DNA of 44,250 nt from a virus (taxonomy: Duplodnaviria > Caudoviricetes): positions 1 to 44,250 of the IMG/VR virus record IMGVR_UViG_3300037962_000599; one strand, written 5' to 3'. Positions 17,297-26,542 of this stretch are shown here, one piece after another. The notes beneath the pieces were generated by a model. The model saw nothing but the letters and a program-made list of their open reading frames with translations, did no database searches and was not told the DNA's origin. The position numbers and the translations under genes are program-made. The stretch's first letter is position 1; each line of letters begins with the position of its first letter.

Positions 17297-17959
17297 ATGT
17301 GGGAGTGGTTGATAGACTTGTTGAGTGATCCAGATTCCGCCCAAGTAGTCGTAGGCGTAGTGAGTGTCTTTATTGCTTTTATAGCTGTGGTCATTGCCAT
17401 ATGGAACGGCATTATCACACGCAAGAATGCGAGGCTATCGGTAGCGCCTGCATTATCAGTTTGGGCTGAATATCCCAGAGCCGATAATCCAATCTGTGTA
17501 ATAAAACTAGGGAATAAGGGGTTTGGCCCAGCAATAACTCAAGCCTTCCAGGTTTTTAGAGATGGAAACCCCGTTGGCGGTCCAATATTCGATAAGGTAA
17601 GCAATTTAATAAAGGGAACCTTTGGGGATTCTTTGCTAAAAATACATTCCGTAAGCAGCTTAGAAAGGGGTCATGCACTAGGTGCCAACGATGAAATCAC
17701 CATAGCGAAATTCTCAGTTTCCGAAGAGCTAGTGCGCACCGGGACTGATGGCATGGCTCAATTCATGGCACGCCTGTCCCTAGTGGTGCGCTATCAAGAT
17801 ATTTATCAAAAAAAGTGGGTTTTTGCCGTCCATAAATTCGATGGCTATACCTTTCGTGATGCTTGGTGGAGCCCTTCTTACTGGTCAGCCAGATGCAAGT
17901 TGGGGGCGATAGTGACGACATCTCCCCCCTCGCCCGGCGCTGATCAAAGAACCAAATAA
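17297..17959 (+). CDS. moron: hypothetical protein with N-terminal TM helix
   Basis: 220 aa, antisense to the late genes, AT-richer, RBS AAGGAG, own terminator. Confidence 0.75.
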   Translation: MWEWLIDLLSDPDSAQVVVGVVSVFIAFIAVVIAIWNGIITRKNARLSVAPALSVWAEYPRADNPICVIKLGNKGFGPAITQAFQVFRDGNPVGGPIFDKVSNLIKGTFGDSLLKIHSVSSLERGHALGANDEITIAKFSVSEELVRTGTDGMAQFMARLSLVVRYQDIYQKKWVFAVHKFDGYTFRDAWWSPSYWSARCKLGAIVTTSPPSPGADQRTK

Positions 17960-17977
17960 ATGAACTCCTCCTAACCG

Positions 17978-18003
17978 AAAGCCCGCCAATTGGCGGGCTT
18001 TTT
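17978..18003. terminator. bidirectional Rho-independent terminator
   Basis: AAAGCCCGCCA-AT-TGGCGGGCTTTTT between convergent genes. Confidence 0.8.
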
Positions 18004-18016
18004 GGTGGGTGGTGGT

Positions 18017-18192
18017 TTACCAGCTGATGGCTTCTATCGCTTCGCGGTCCTCAGCGGCGTGGGCTTGGTCGAGGGCGTCTTTGCGTTCCCAGCTTTGCTG
18101 GTAGATGTCTTCGATGTAGCTGAGCGCTGCCATTGTCATATCATCCATAGCCTCCGCGTCGATCAGTGGCTGATGTTTGAGAGCCCACGGAA
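18017..18192 (-). pseudogene. orphan 3' fragment of the tail fiber assembly gene
   Basis: IDAEAMDDMTMAALSYIEDIYQQSWERKD...ISW duplicates the end of 19439-19999; 1-bp deletion near 18164; no 5' part. Confidence 0.85.
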
Positions 18193-18239
18193 TGTGAGTG
18201 GTGAAGGCCTTAGCAGAGCTTGAAATGAACATCGCCCCG

Positions 18240-19340
18240 TTAGGATTTTTCCAAAGTGGGCTTTAAAAGTATCTTTGGGATAATGTTTGCACTTTTTAAT
18301 TTTAAGCATCTTTTTTCTATTAAATGCCAAGATAGAGCAGCAAGTGTGCAGGTTACTAGGAAAGAAAGGACGATCATTGAGAACACACTTATATTGGGAA
18401 TCAGGGCAGCTAGTGACTGCTGAACAGGAAAGGCATAAATGTAGATGCCATATGAATAATCCCCCAATTTATTAAATCTTCGAATTTGGCCGCTTACGAG
18501 GTATGCAAGGCCAAAAATAATCAATGGTAACGCAAAACAATATATAACAAAGAATATCGTTTTATTTACAAGTGATGCTGCAACGAGCAACACTAGCAGT
18601 AGGGCTGTGATGCGCGATGAGAGAAAGATTTTTTCTCGCCATCCATAAAATGCTGCACCGATAAAAAACATGGAAAATAGGCGTAGAAACTGGCCTGTAA
18701 ATAAGTCTTCAAAATGGTTGATTATGTGCAAGGTAATAGCACTTATGCCAAGAAAAGCTATTAAGTGCTTATAGTTTAAGAGTTTTGTCGCGCGGCTTGC
18801 TAGGGCGAAGGATCCAAACATTACAATCAAAAGCATATACATTTTGACTTCATAAGGCATCGTCCATAGGGAGCCATTAACCGCATGAGAAAACGGATTC
18901 TCTGAGAAAACACCCGGTAACGAGTATTCAATGCCGCCTACAAGCATTATGTTTTTGATTAAGTATCGTTGGGTCTGGTCATGTGCTAAATACTCTTTTG
19001 GCTCTAAGCTTGTGAAGGCTATTCCAATAACGAATACGCAAAATAGGACTGCTATTATTAATGCTGGAAAAATCCTAAGCGCTCTTGACCATAGGAATAC
19101 CAAGACATTTGATCGAGTCAAAAAGCTGTTTGTAATTAAAAAACCACTTGTTATAAAAAAGATATCGACAGCAATATCGCCCCATGTCATTCCAATAGAT
19201 GCCCTTAATGGTTCGGCGTCTGATGAGCCAATCGAAAGCGCAAAACTATGACTAAAAAGGACAAGCGTGGCAGCAACAAAACGTATTAAGTTGAAGTTAT
19301 TATCTCGGCCCGAAACAAAACTTGCTAAGTAACCACTCAT
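18240..19340 (-). CDS. acyltransferase-3 family membrane O-acyltransferase (OafA/Oac-like)
   Basis: RDNNFNLIRF.AA..V..SH, AVDIFF..SGFLI..S, R.LRIFP, VNGSLWT.PYE, GDYSYGIYIYAFPVQQ, SWHLIEK; markedly AT-rich. Confidence 0.92.
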   Translation of the reverse strand: MSGYLASFVSGRDNNFNLIRFVAATLVLFSHSFALSIGSSDAEPLRASIGMTWGDIAVDIFFITSGFLITNSFLTRSNVLVFLWSRALRIFPALIIAVLFCVFVIGIAFTSLEPKEYLAHDQTQRYLIKNIMLVGGIEYSLPGVFSENPFSHAVNGSLWTMPYEVKMYMLLIVMFGSFALASRATKLLNYKHLIAFLGISAITLHIINHFEDLFTGQFLRLFSMFFIGAAFYGWREKIFLSSRITALLLVLLVAASLVNKTIFFVIYCFALPLIIFGLAYLVSGQIRRFNKLGDYSYGIYIYAFPVQQSLAALIPNISVFSMIVLSFLVTCTLAALSWHLIEKRCLKLKSANIIPKILLKPTLEKS

Positions 19341-19438
19341 GCCTACCCCCTAGAAAAGCCAAGATCACTATAAATTAATTACAGGTTGTTGCTGCAATGC
19401 ATTTAATCACATTCAGCGCTCCTATTGAAATGCAATAT

Positions 19439-19999
19439 TCACCACGATATTTTCTCAATCGCCTCCCTGTTTTTTGCTTCAAAAGCCGCGTCCAGCAGGT
19501 CTTTGCGTTCCCAGCTTTGTTGGTAGATGTCCTCAATGTGGCTGAGCGCTGCCATTGTCATATCGTCCATGGCTTCGGCGTCGATCCAGTGACTGACGTT
19601 CGAGAGTCCACGAAACTCCATCAAGGTTTCTGCGTTGCCCGAGCTGATCAATCGGGTGGCTTTGGCGTTGAGGCCGAGCAGGTTGATTTGATCCTGTGGG
19701 CGGGTCTGGATGACGTCGGCGGTGCCGTTGATATCGTATTCGAGGCCAGCGTCGAAGGCGGCATCGCGGGCGCGGTCTAGTTCGGCCCGCTTGCTGGCGG
19801 CGAGATCATCAAGGCTGACAAGGGGAATGGGTACCCACGTCGGGCGGCCGTTTTCATCTGCCCCGCGCCGGTAGCCAGCAGGTGGTTGGCCAAGGCCGAA
19901 GGCTTCCCATTGCTCGGGCGTGACCTCGATTGCATCGACGGGGATATTGACATGAACCGCGTCAATATAAAAAGAGTTTTTACAGGCGCTATATAGCAT
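19439..19999 (-). CDS. tail fiber assembly protein (DUF4376-like C-terminus)
   Basis: YS...N.FY...H..IP.DA.EVT...AD.NGRP.W; follows the tail fiber; ends I.W. Confidence 0.8.
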   Translation of the reverse strand: MLYSACKNSFYIDAVHVNIPVDAIEVTPEQWEAFGLGQPPAGYRRGADENGRPTWVPIPLVSLDDLAASKRAELDRARDAAFDAGLEYDINGTADVIQTRPQDQINLLGLNAKATRLISSGNAETLMEFRGLSNVSHWIDAEAMDDMTMAALSHIEDIYQQSWERKDLLDAAFEAKNREAIEKISW

Positions 20000-20001
20000 T
20001 G

Positions 20002-21324
20002 TTAATGACCTTCGCAGATAAACCGGAATTTTTGACCCGTAGTGTTAAGAGCACTCCTGGCCCAGAATGTGAATGACGTTTCGTCAATAGGTACAAATCC
20101 GCATTGCAGATCCGCAGGGGTATTTGTGAGCACAGAAAACCCTATCGAGAGCATTTCAGTGGGAAATGCAATTGGGAAAGCAATCTCTTTTGAAGTGGTT
20201 ACCCCCGAAGGCAGGTCAATAACAATCTCTCCCCACTGGCGGATATTTCCCCCGGGCACAACTTGAAAACCATTTGGCGTCAGCGACTGGTTACCACCCT
20301 TGAATGCATCGGCCAACCGTCCGGGCGATAGCAGCTTCGTTAGGCTGATCAGCCTCTGAGCGTCAGCTGCACTGGCCAGCGGCAACATCCCAGGCTCGGA
20401 TTCCGTCGCTACTGGCTCCGGTCGACGCCAAACGCTCGTGCCGTCGCACACCAGTTCGCGCCGATCAGCGGCGGCGACAGTGAGTGAAGCAGCATCGTCG
20501 ATTGTATCGGTCCCATCAACGGCGACGGAAACGGTATTCGCGCTGCTATCGATGCGCACGATGTCGTAGCGCAACCCGCCATTACCGCTTGCCGCTGGCA
20601 GATTCAGCGTGACAGTGCCGCTGGCGGCGTCGACCAGGACGAGCCCTGCCTCGGCGGCTGTGAGCGTATGCGCCGTGCCCGTCGATACGCCGGTGACCGT
20701 GGTGACCGCGCCGCCCAGCAGGCCCGACTTTTTCAGCGCATCGCCTGTCACAGCACGGGTGGGGTCGGCTGAGCGAACCTCGCCGGCGTTGGCCAGCTCA
20801 ACCATGCCTTGGGCTGCTGTGGTAGCAGCTGGGTGGTCGCGGCTTGCTTCGTGCTCTTCGCGCTGGGTGTCGGCGTATTTACGCGTTGCGAGTACGACGG
20901 CGGGGTCAACTTTCAGGGTGATGGCGGCGGTGCTGCTGACTTGCATCACAAAGCGGATGGTTTGGGTGCGGCCGCTGCCTTCGCTTAATACGGGTTTGTA
21001 GGTTTCGGGGTAGTTGCCGTAGGCGATGAGGTCGTCGTCTTCGTCATAGATGCCGACTTCGCGGATTGTCCAGCCGCCGACGTCGGGCGGTAGCACCTGC
21101 TCGACGACGATCCAGTTGGGGTTGTCGGCGTCGACATCGCTGGTATTGATGGCCCCGCGCCGCACTTCGTTGACCAGCGCTGCTCGGTCGCTGTCGGGTG
21201 TAGGCAGGGTGCCGTTGCCGTCGCCAATGGCGAGCTGGGTAATGTTGATGGTGCCGCCCAGGGCGATGGCGTTGGCGATTTTGGCTTCGCCGACCGCCGT
21301 GGGCACTGTGTAAAACTGTGGCAT
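20002..21324 (-). CDS. H: tail fiber protein gpH
   Basis: P2 H N-terminus (GDGNG.LP.P, GGWTIRE.G, PETYKP.L.EGSG, DPAVVLATR); C-terminal QWG...FPIAFP domain. Confidence 0.92.
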   Translation of the reverse strand: MPQFYTVPTAVGEAKIANAIALGGTINITQLAIGDGNGTLPTPDSDRAALVNEVRRGAINTSDVDADNPNWIVVEQVLPPDVGGWTIREVGIYDEDDDLIAYGNYPETYKPVLSEGSGRTQTIRFVMQVSSTAAITLKVDPAVVLATRKYADTQREEHEASRDHPAATTAAQGMVELANAGEVRSADPTRAVTGDALKKSGLLGGAVTTVTGVSTGTAHTLTAAEAGLVLVDAASGTVTLNLPAASGNGGLRYDIVRIDSSANTVSVAVDGTDTIDDAASLTVAAADRRELVCDGTSVWRRPEPVATESEPGMLPLASAADAQRLISLTKLLSPGRLADAFKGGNQSLTPNGFQVVPGGNIRQWGEIVIDLPSGVTTSKEIAFPIAFPTEMLSIGFSVLTNTPADLQCGFVPIDETSFTFWARSALNTTGQKFRFICEGH

Positions 21325-21336
21325 ATGCTGGGCCTC

Positions 21337-21963
21337 TTATTGGGGGTAGACGGTGGTGGTGTCGATGATGTGAAGCCCACCGCCGATGTAGATAGCGCCG
21401 GTGGTTTGGGTTTCTTGGGCGGCGTAGGGGTAGACGGTGGTTTCGTGGCCGTCGTAGACGGTGCAACCGATGTTGATTTTGCCGCGTGTTTCGCCGAGCA
21501 GATCCAGGCCGGTGATGTGGCGGGTGAGCGGCTTGGCGTCTTCAATTAATCGTGTGAGCTCTTCGTACATGGCATCGGTGATGCCGGTATCGAGTACGCC
21601 GATGCGTAGGGCGAATGTGCCGCGCGGTCCTTCGGGCTGCTGATGGAACCATTCTTCTACTTCGAGCAGGTAGCCGAGCGGCTCGACGACGCGACGTAGG
21701 GCGGAAATGGTGCCTTTGCGCTTGTGCACGGCCCAGGCCGCGCGGCAAACGTCGCGCTTGGCTTCGGTTGACCAGTTCGGGTCCCAGCGATCCACGGAAA
21801 ACGCCCACGCTAGGTATGGCAGCAGGTACGCGGGGCAGTCGTTGGGGTTCCATAGCGGGCGAATGGGTACTGGGACGCGCTGAATATCGGCAAGGGCCTC
21901 GGCGGCGGCGCGCTCTAAGCGGCTGGCGTTGCCGGGCAGCAGGGGGCGGCGCTGGTCACTCAT
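21337..21963 (-). CDS. I: baseplate protein gpI
   Basis: LLP.NAS.LER, LWNP..CP..LLPYLAWAFSVDRWD, H..KGT..ALRR. Confidence 0.94.
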   Translation of the reverse strand: MSDQRRPLLPGNASRLERAAAEALADIQRVPVPIRPLWNPNDCPAYLLPYLAWAFSVDRWDPNWSTEAKRDVCRAAWAVHKRKGTISALRRVVEPLGYLLEVEEWFHQQPEGPRGTFALRIGVLDTGITDAMYEELTRLIEDAKPLTRHITGLDLLGETRGKINIGCTVYDGHETTVYPYAAQETQTTGAIYIGGGLHIIDTTTVYPQ

Positions 21964-22897
21964 TGCCGCCACCGCTGTTTATGCCGATGCGGACGCTTTG
22001 ACTTGTGCAGCGGGCGGTCTGGGTGCTGGTAATGATGAGGTGCTCGGGCGGTGATATTAGGTTTACGTGCTCGACGCCTTCGACGTGGAGCGCTGCCTTG
22101 ATTGCATCGCGGTAGATGCTGACGCCGATGCGGCGGCGCTGGCGGTGCTGGGCTTCAACAAAGCGCTGCAAGCGGGCGTTGGCGGCTTCCAGTATTGGCT
22201 CTTGGGCGGTGGTGGCTTCGTCGTATAGCTGCAGCTCGGCGTCGATTAGGTAGTCGATGATTTCGGCAGATTGCACCGTTACGCGGTCGGCCAAGGGGCG
22301 GATGTCTTCGGGTGTCAGTGCCTCATAGACGATATCGAGCAGCTCTTGGCTGGCAGTGCCGTCGCCTTCGCGGGATAGCACGATGATGAGGGCGTCGCAG
22401 GGTTCGGGGGATAGGGCGCGGGCATCGGCGACGCGGCCGTCGGCGCTGCGGGCGTGGAATTCGTAGGCGGCGGCTGGCCCGGCGACGCTTAGCCCTTCCC
22501 AGGCTTCTTGGCCGCGCAGGCGTAATTCTGTATTGCTTTCATACGTGGGCGGTACCGGCGGTGTTGCGCTGGGGTCGCCTGGGTCGATCATTAGCCGCTG
22601 CACTTCAAAATTTGCGACGAGGTTGTCGAGGTCTTCGTCGTTAGCAAACGCGAGCATGACGGCACGGGCGGCTTCATTGACGCGCTGACGCCAGACCAAT
22701 TCGCGGTAGGCGTTCTCTTGTAGCAGCTTGGTGAGTGGTTCGCTTTCGAGCTGCAGGGTTTGCTCTACCTCTTCGCGCTGCTCGCTGGTGACCAGGTCTA
22801 ACAGGGCCGCTTTGCGCTCTTCGAAGATCGTTTCGAAGTCGAGGCTTTCGATTACGTTGGGCGCGGGGAGTTGGGATAGGTCGATTGTGGTGCTCAT
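21956..22897 (-). CDS. J: baseplate assembly protein gpJ
   Basis: IDLSQLPAP, LESEPL.KLL.E.AYREL..RQRVNEAA, LSVAGP..AYEFHA. Confidence 0.95.
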   Translation of the reverse strand: MSTTIDLSQLPAPNVIESLDFETIFEERKAALLDLVTSEQREEVEQTLQLESEPLTKLLQENAYRELVWRQRVNEAARAVMLAFANDEDLDNLVANFEVQRLMIDPGDPSATPPVPPTYESNTELRLRGQEAWEGLSVAGPAAAYEFHARSADGRVADARALSPEPCDALIIVLSREGDGTASQELLDIVYEALTPEDIRPLADRVTVQSAEIIDYLIDAELQLYDEATTAQEPILEAANARLQRFVEAQHRQRRRIGVSIYRDAIKAALHVEGVEHVNLISPPEHLIITSTQTARCTSQSVRIGINSGGGNE

Positions 22898-23232
22898 ACG
22901 GCAGGCACCTCCAGAGTGATCGGCTGGCCGCCGCGGGTTTGGCCATCAATTTCAAGGGCGATCTGGCCTGGCTGGCTGCTACTTACACGGCGGCGAACGG
23001 CAGTCACACGGATGCGCGGCTCCCAGCGGATCAGTGCCATGATGGTGGCGGCGTAGGCCTGCAGCAGCAGGGCGTCGTTTAGCGGCTGGTCGATTAGTTC
23101 AGGCAGCAGGCTGCCGTACTCTCGGCGCATTACTCGTGAGCCAATTGGAGTGGTGAGAATGTCGCTAACGCTCTGGTTGATGTGTTCCAGGCGCTCTAGC
23201 CGGCGGCCGGTCTTTGCATTCATGCCTGTCAT
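22894..23232 (-). CDS. W: baseplate protein gpW
   Basis: GMN..TG, HI.QS..DILTTP.GSRVMRREYGS, WEPRI. Confidence 0.95.
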   Translation of the reverse strand: MTGMNAKTGRRLERLEHINQSVSDILTTPIGSRVMRREYGSLLPELIDQPLNDALLLQAYAATIMALIRWEPRIRVTAVRRRVSSSQPGQIALEIDGQTRGGQPITLEVPAV

Positions 23233-23234
23233 GG

Positions 23235-23525
23235 TTAGCCCCCCGCGTAGACGTTGCCGCTGCCGGCGGCAACTGATGAGCCGCAGGCGACTGGATCGCC
23301 AATGCGGCCAAGCGGGAGGCCATTGGCGTAAACGGTGCTGGATCCGGCGGCTAGGGCGCTGCCGTGACAGATGGGCGTGAGGTTGCAGTGCACGGCCCAG
23401 GCGTCACCCTGCCGGTGTACGGCAATACCGTTGGCGTAGACATCGGCGCTACTCCCGGTGCTTGCGCGTGGAGGGAAGGATCCGTGGCCGGTACAGCTGT
23501 CGCCTAGTCGTGTCACTGCGGGCAT
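23235..23525 (-). CDS. PAAR-domain spike tip protein (T4 gp5.4-like)
   Basis: MPAVTRLGD.CTGHG.FPP...V..NG....R.GD...HC...H...GS.TV..NG....RIGD.V.CG. Confidence 0.9.
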   Translation of the reverse strand: MPAVTRLGDSCTGHGSFPPRASTGSSADVYANGIAVHRQGDAWAVHCNLTPICHGSALAAGSSTVYANGLPLGRIGDPVACGSSVAAGSGNVYAGG

Positions 23526-23534
23526 TCTGCTCTC

Positions 23535-24026
23535 CTAGTTCAGGTCGATCTGGGCACCATTGAGGCGGATCCCGCTGGCATCGAGTTCAAGGGTGGAGCC
23601 ATTGCTGGACAGTAGGATGCGGTCGCGATCCATCGTGATTCGGCTGCCGCCGGTCTCGGCGATGCATTCGTGGGCGGCGCTGTCGTACTGAAAGCGTGCG
23701 CCGTCCTCAAACTCGACCAGGTCGAGATCCGGATTAGCGGAAGGGGCAGGCAGCGCAGTGCTGTAAATCAGCCCAGTGACCTTGGCTTGGGCAAGGTCGC
23801 CCCCGGGGCACGACAGCACAACTTGCTGGCCTTTCCTTAGCGGACGCCAGCGGCGGAAGTTGCGGCCCATTTCAGTGGGCCAGTCGAGCCAGGCGGTAGT
23901 GATATCGCCCACCTTCACGCGTAACTTGCGCGCAGAATGATCCACCTCGGCGGCAGTGCCGAGGCGGATTATGTTGTGGATCAGGCGCAGCAACTCGGCG
24001 GCGCTATGCAGGGGTCGTTGGCTCAT
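23535..24026 (-). CDS. V: baseplate spike gpV (short form)
   Basis: LI.NIIRLG, T.WL.W, G.QV.L..P.GDL, F.DGA...YD; 163 aa ending G.RLNG.QIDLN. Confidence 0.88.
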   Translation of the reverse strand: MSQRPLHSAAELLRLIHNIIRLGTAAEVDHSARKLRVKVGDITTAWLDWPTEMGRNFRRWRPLRKGQQVVLSCPGGDLAQAKVTGLIYSTALPAPSANPDLDLVEFEDGARFQYDSAAHECIAETGGSRITMDRDRILLSSNGSTLELDASGIRLNGAQIDLN

Positions 24027-24070
24027 ACCGCTATGCTTGCCCGTAAGTACGCGAGTCGAAAGCGGCGGGC

Positions 24071-24093
24071 GTTGTGGGGCTTGTTTCTACAAC
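24071..24093 (-). promoter_or_regulatory. Ogr-type late promoter activator site (V operon)
   Basis: GTTGT-N13-ACAAC; the adjacent ATGCTTGC segment is shared with the F promoter. Confidence 0.8.
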
Positions 24094-24545
24094 GCGGAAC
24101 CCAGTCGATCGAGGATCATGTCGCGGATAACGGCGCGGTCTTCATCGCTGTAGCCGATCAGCTTGCGCTCGGGGTAGTTGTACTTAGGGCCATTGCGTTC
24201 GACGCGGGCGCGCAGGCCGCGCTGGTGAACGCGGGCGATGCGGGCGACGCGACCGGCGAAACCTACTGTGGCAGCATCACCCGTGCCGCGACCCTTGAGG
24301 TACTTGGCCTGGCGTATCTTGGTAAACATGACGTTCCGTCGGATGCTTCCGGATTGGGCGCGCGCTTGCGGCTTACGGGGCTCAAAGGGACTACCGTCGG
24401 GGTTTTCCTGCCGCTTAATACGAGCCGCTTGACGTTTTCGCAGCTCGCGGGCGATATCGCGGGCCAGCTTTTTGCGCTCGCTGGGCTCCAGTCGCTCAAG
24501 CAGCGGTGCTGCCCATGTCTCCAGTGCCTCTAGGTCGCCGCTCAT
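24087..24545 (-). CDS. S: virion morphogenesis/tail completion protein gpS
   Basis: RI..Q.NPDG.PF.PRK, MF.K.R, RIARVHQ.G, YP.R.L.G. Confidence 0.92.
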   Translation of the reverse strand: MSGDLEALETWAAPLLERLEPSERKKLARDIARELRKRQAARIKRQENPDGSPFEPRKPQARAQSGSIRRNVMFTKIRQAKYLKGRGTGDAATVGFAGRVARIARVHQRGLRARVERNGPKYNYPERKLIGYSDEDRAVIRDMILDRLGSAL

Positions 24546-25027
24546 TCCTCGCTCCACTCTGCAACAAGGTCATAATCCTCGCTTGCCTCGACGTCCCGGA
24601 TGAACAGCTGCCAATTGCCAGCGGCGCAGGGGTCGATCGCGTACTCGGGTTGGCGATGGTCCACATGAATGGTGCCGGCATCGCAGTCGACCAGAGCAAC
24701 GACGCGCTCTGTCAGCGTGACGTCAATGGCCAGATCCCAGGCCTTGTTGGATAACAGTTCGGCCTGGAACGTGATGGCCTCTTGGGGGTTAATGTCAGGC
24801 TGATAGCGCGACAGCCACTGCAGTAGCGGGATAATTACGGTGTCGAGTTCTCCGCTATGATCGGTAAGCACGATGCGGACGGGTACCCGGTACTCATGCG
24901 ATAGATGGGCGCCCCGGTAGAACTCGATGCTGCCGTCTTCAATGAAGGTCAGCATGCGGTCAGGGTTTCGCTTTAGGTCGGGGATACGTTCGACCAGGTA
25001 GGCGCGCAGGGAGTGGAGTTTCTTCAT
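24542..25027 (-). CDS. R: tail completion protein gpR
   Basis: MKK..SLR..L...P.L..NPD.M..FI..G, WL...QP, LTERV. Confidence 0.92.
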   Translation of the reverse strand: MKKLHSLRAYLVERIPDLKRNPDRMLTFIEDGSIEFYRGAHLSHEYRVPVRIVLTDHSGELDTVIIPLLQWLSRYQPDINPQEAITFQAELLSNKAWDLAIDVTLTERVVALVDCDAGTIHVDHRQPEYAIDPCAAGNWQLFIRDVEASEDYDLVAEWSEE

Positions 25028-25461
25028 CGGGTGTCGGCCTGGTCGAGGAAGTTGCCGCGCTTGCCATTGAGCGTGCCGGCGATTTTCTCGCCGCTACGCC
25101 CGGCGATGTAGCCGCCCACGCCGAGAGTCATCAGGTTCCACATGTGCTCTGGCAGTTCTAGCTGCAGGCCAACGCCAAACATGGCGCCCAGATACGGCGC
25201 GAGAAGGTAATTGTTAGCAATGATCGCAACGATCACGGTCATCAGCAGTGGTCGCCAGTTTCGCTGCAGCCAACTCTCGCCCGTAGCCTCGGCCAGAATG
25301 ATCTTCATCTGCGCTTGCAAAGCGGCGTCCTGCCGATCGATCAGCCGGTGCTGTATTTCAGCTTTTAGGCGGTTGGCTTCGTCTTTGTCAGTGATGGCCT
25401 TGTCGATCACGTCGAACACAGGGCCGGCGACAGTGCCGAGAATGCTAGTGATCAGTTTCAT
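25024..25461 (-). CDS. 3TM-type holin family membrane protein (GTA holin-like)
   Basis: IDK.I.DK, AEA.GESWLQRNWRP, L.LG.GGY..GRS.EK. Confidence 0.75.
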   Translation of the reverse strand: MKLITSILGTVAGPVFDVIDKAITDKDEANRLKAEIQHRLIDRQDAALQAQMKIILAEATGESWLQRNWRPLLMTVIVAIIANNYLLAPYLGAMFGVGLQLELPEHMWNLMTLGVGGYIAGRSGEKIAGTLNGKRGNFLDQADTR

Positions 25462-26267
25462 GCGGCAACCTCCAAGCCTGCAGTATGCCGGCGGTGTGCG
25501 GCGGCTAGCTTGGTGTCGTAGTCGTTTTTCTCGAAGGCTGGGCCGTTGTAGCGGCTAGCAAAGTCTCGCCAGTCGTGGCGGCGCAGGGCGTTGTGAATCG
25601 CTCGGTCGGCTTCGATGAAGCGAACGAACGCTTCGAGCTGATGGCCCTCGCTTGCGCGCATTGCTTCAAGCCAGGCGTGAGCGCTGGCGTACCCCAGGCG
25701 TGACCAGTGAAAGCCCATGATCTGAAACGCGCCCCATGAGGCTGACTCGATCGCCGCTTCGTTGTGCAAGTCGCGGGCCTTGTCGAGGCGGTTGTGTTCG
25801 CGGTGGCCACCGATATAACCACCCGGTGACGCGTTGACCAGGGCAGGGTGGCTGCGCTCTAAAGAAACAGGGCTCACGCCGTAATGCTCAAGCCGTCGGC
25901 GCATGATGTGGCGTTCATAGAGAATCACCGGCTCGCCGTTTCGGGGGCCGCCGAAATGGAACCCAGCGCCACGGCTCTCGACTTCGTTGACAGCCATGAC
26001 GGCGGCGAGATCCACCTCGAGGGTGTCAGCGGCGCCGACCAGATCGATCTGCCGCAGCGCTTTGGGGTCATCGCCCTGGATGAGCGCCCGGCGTGTCTTG
26101 CGACCGGCGATACCGTCGACCACCAGGTTGTGGGCGCGCTGGAAGTCCCGAACGGCGGCTTCTGTGACAGGCCCAAAGAGGCCATCTGTTTCCAGGCCGT
26201 AGTCGTGTCGGTTGAGATTCTGCTGTAGGGCTGCGACTTGGTAGCCGCGGTCTCCGATGCTGAGCAT
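25458..26267 (-). CDS. endolysin: PG-binding domain plus N-acetylmuramidase (DUF3380-like)
   Basis: DG.FGP.TE.AV..FQ...L.VDG.AG..T, AV.EVES.G.GF, IL.ERH, SASWG.FQIMGF, FA..YNG; ATG at 26267. Confidence 0.92.
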   Translation of the reverse strand: MLSIGDRGYQVAALQQNLNRHDYGLETDGLFGPVTEAAVRDFQRAHNLVVDGIAGRKTRRALIQGDDPKALRQIDLVGAADTLEVDLAAVMAVNEVESRGAGFHFGGPRNGEPVILYERHIMRRRLEHYGVSPVSLERSHPALVNASPGGYIGGHREHNRLDKARDLHNEAAIESASWGAFQIMGFHWSRLGYASAHAWLEAMRASEGHQLEAFVRFIEADRAIHNALRRHDWRDFASRYNGPAFEKNDYDTKLAAAHRRHTAGLEVAA

Positions 26268-26542
26268 TAGAGCCTCCGAAGTTGGATGACGTGAGCGACG
26301 TTGCCGCGAGCGCGAACCACGAGCACGGCGAGGACCAACATGACAACGGCAACGCCCCAGCCAGTGGGGCAGGCGGTGCCTGTCAGAATGCGGATAGAAA
26401 CGGTGCCGGTACCGGCGATCAGTAGCCACGCCAGGCAGGCATAGCCCACACGATGGCGGGCCTCGCCACGGCGGAACATCAGCAGCCGGATGCAGATTAG
26501 TGAGGCAGCCAGCAGGGTGATCATCGAGTCGGCCGGTATCAC
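26267..26542 (-). CDS. phage holin-family membrane protein
   Basis: 91 aa, 3 hydrophobic segments, RL..FRR...RH and RGNVA motifs. Confidence 0.75.
   Translation of the reverse strand: MIPADSMITLLAASLICIRLLMFRRGEARHRVGYACLAWLLIAGTGTVSIRILTGTACPTGWGVAVVMLVLAVLVVRARGNVAHVIQLRRL

Noticed and set aside
18017-18232. Functional 71-aa gene
   Set aside because: The N-terminus arises from a frameshifted remnant; treated as a pseudogene fragment
18017-21324. Invertible tail-fiber switch or diversity-generating retroelement
   Set aside because: The duplicated segment is in direct orientation, there is no invertase or reverse transcriptase, and differences are not adenine-specific
26268-26429. Arg-rich N-terminal extension of the endolysin in the ORF track
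   Set aside because: Overlaps the holin gene; the ATG at 26267 coupled to the holin stop is the plausible start
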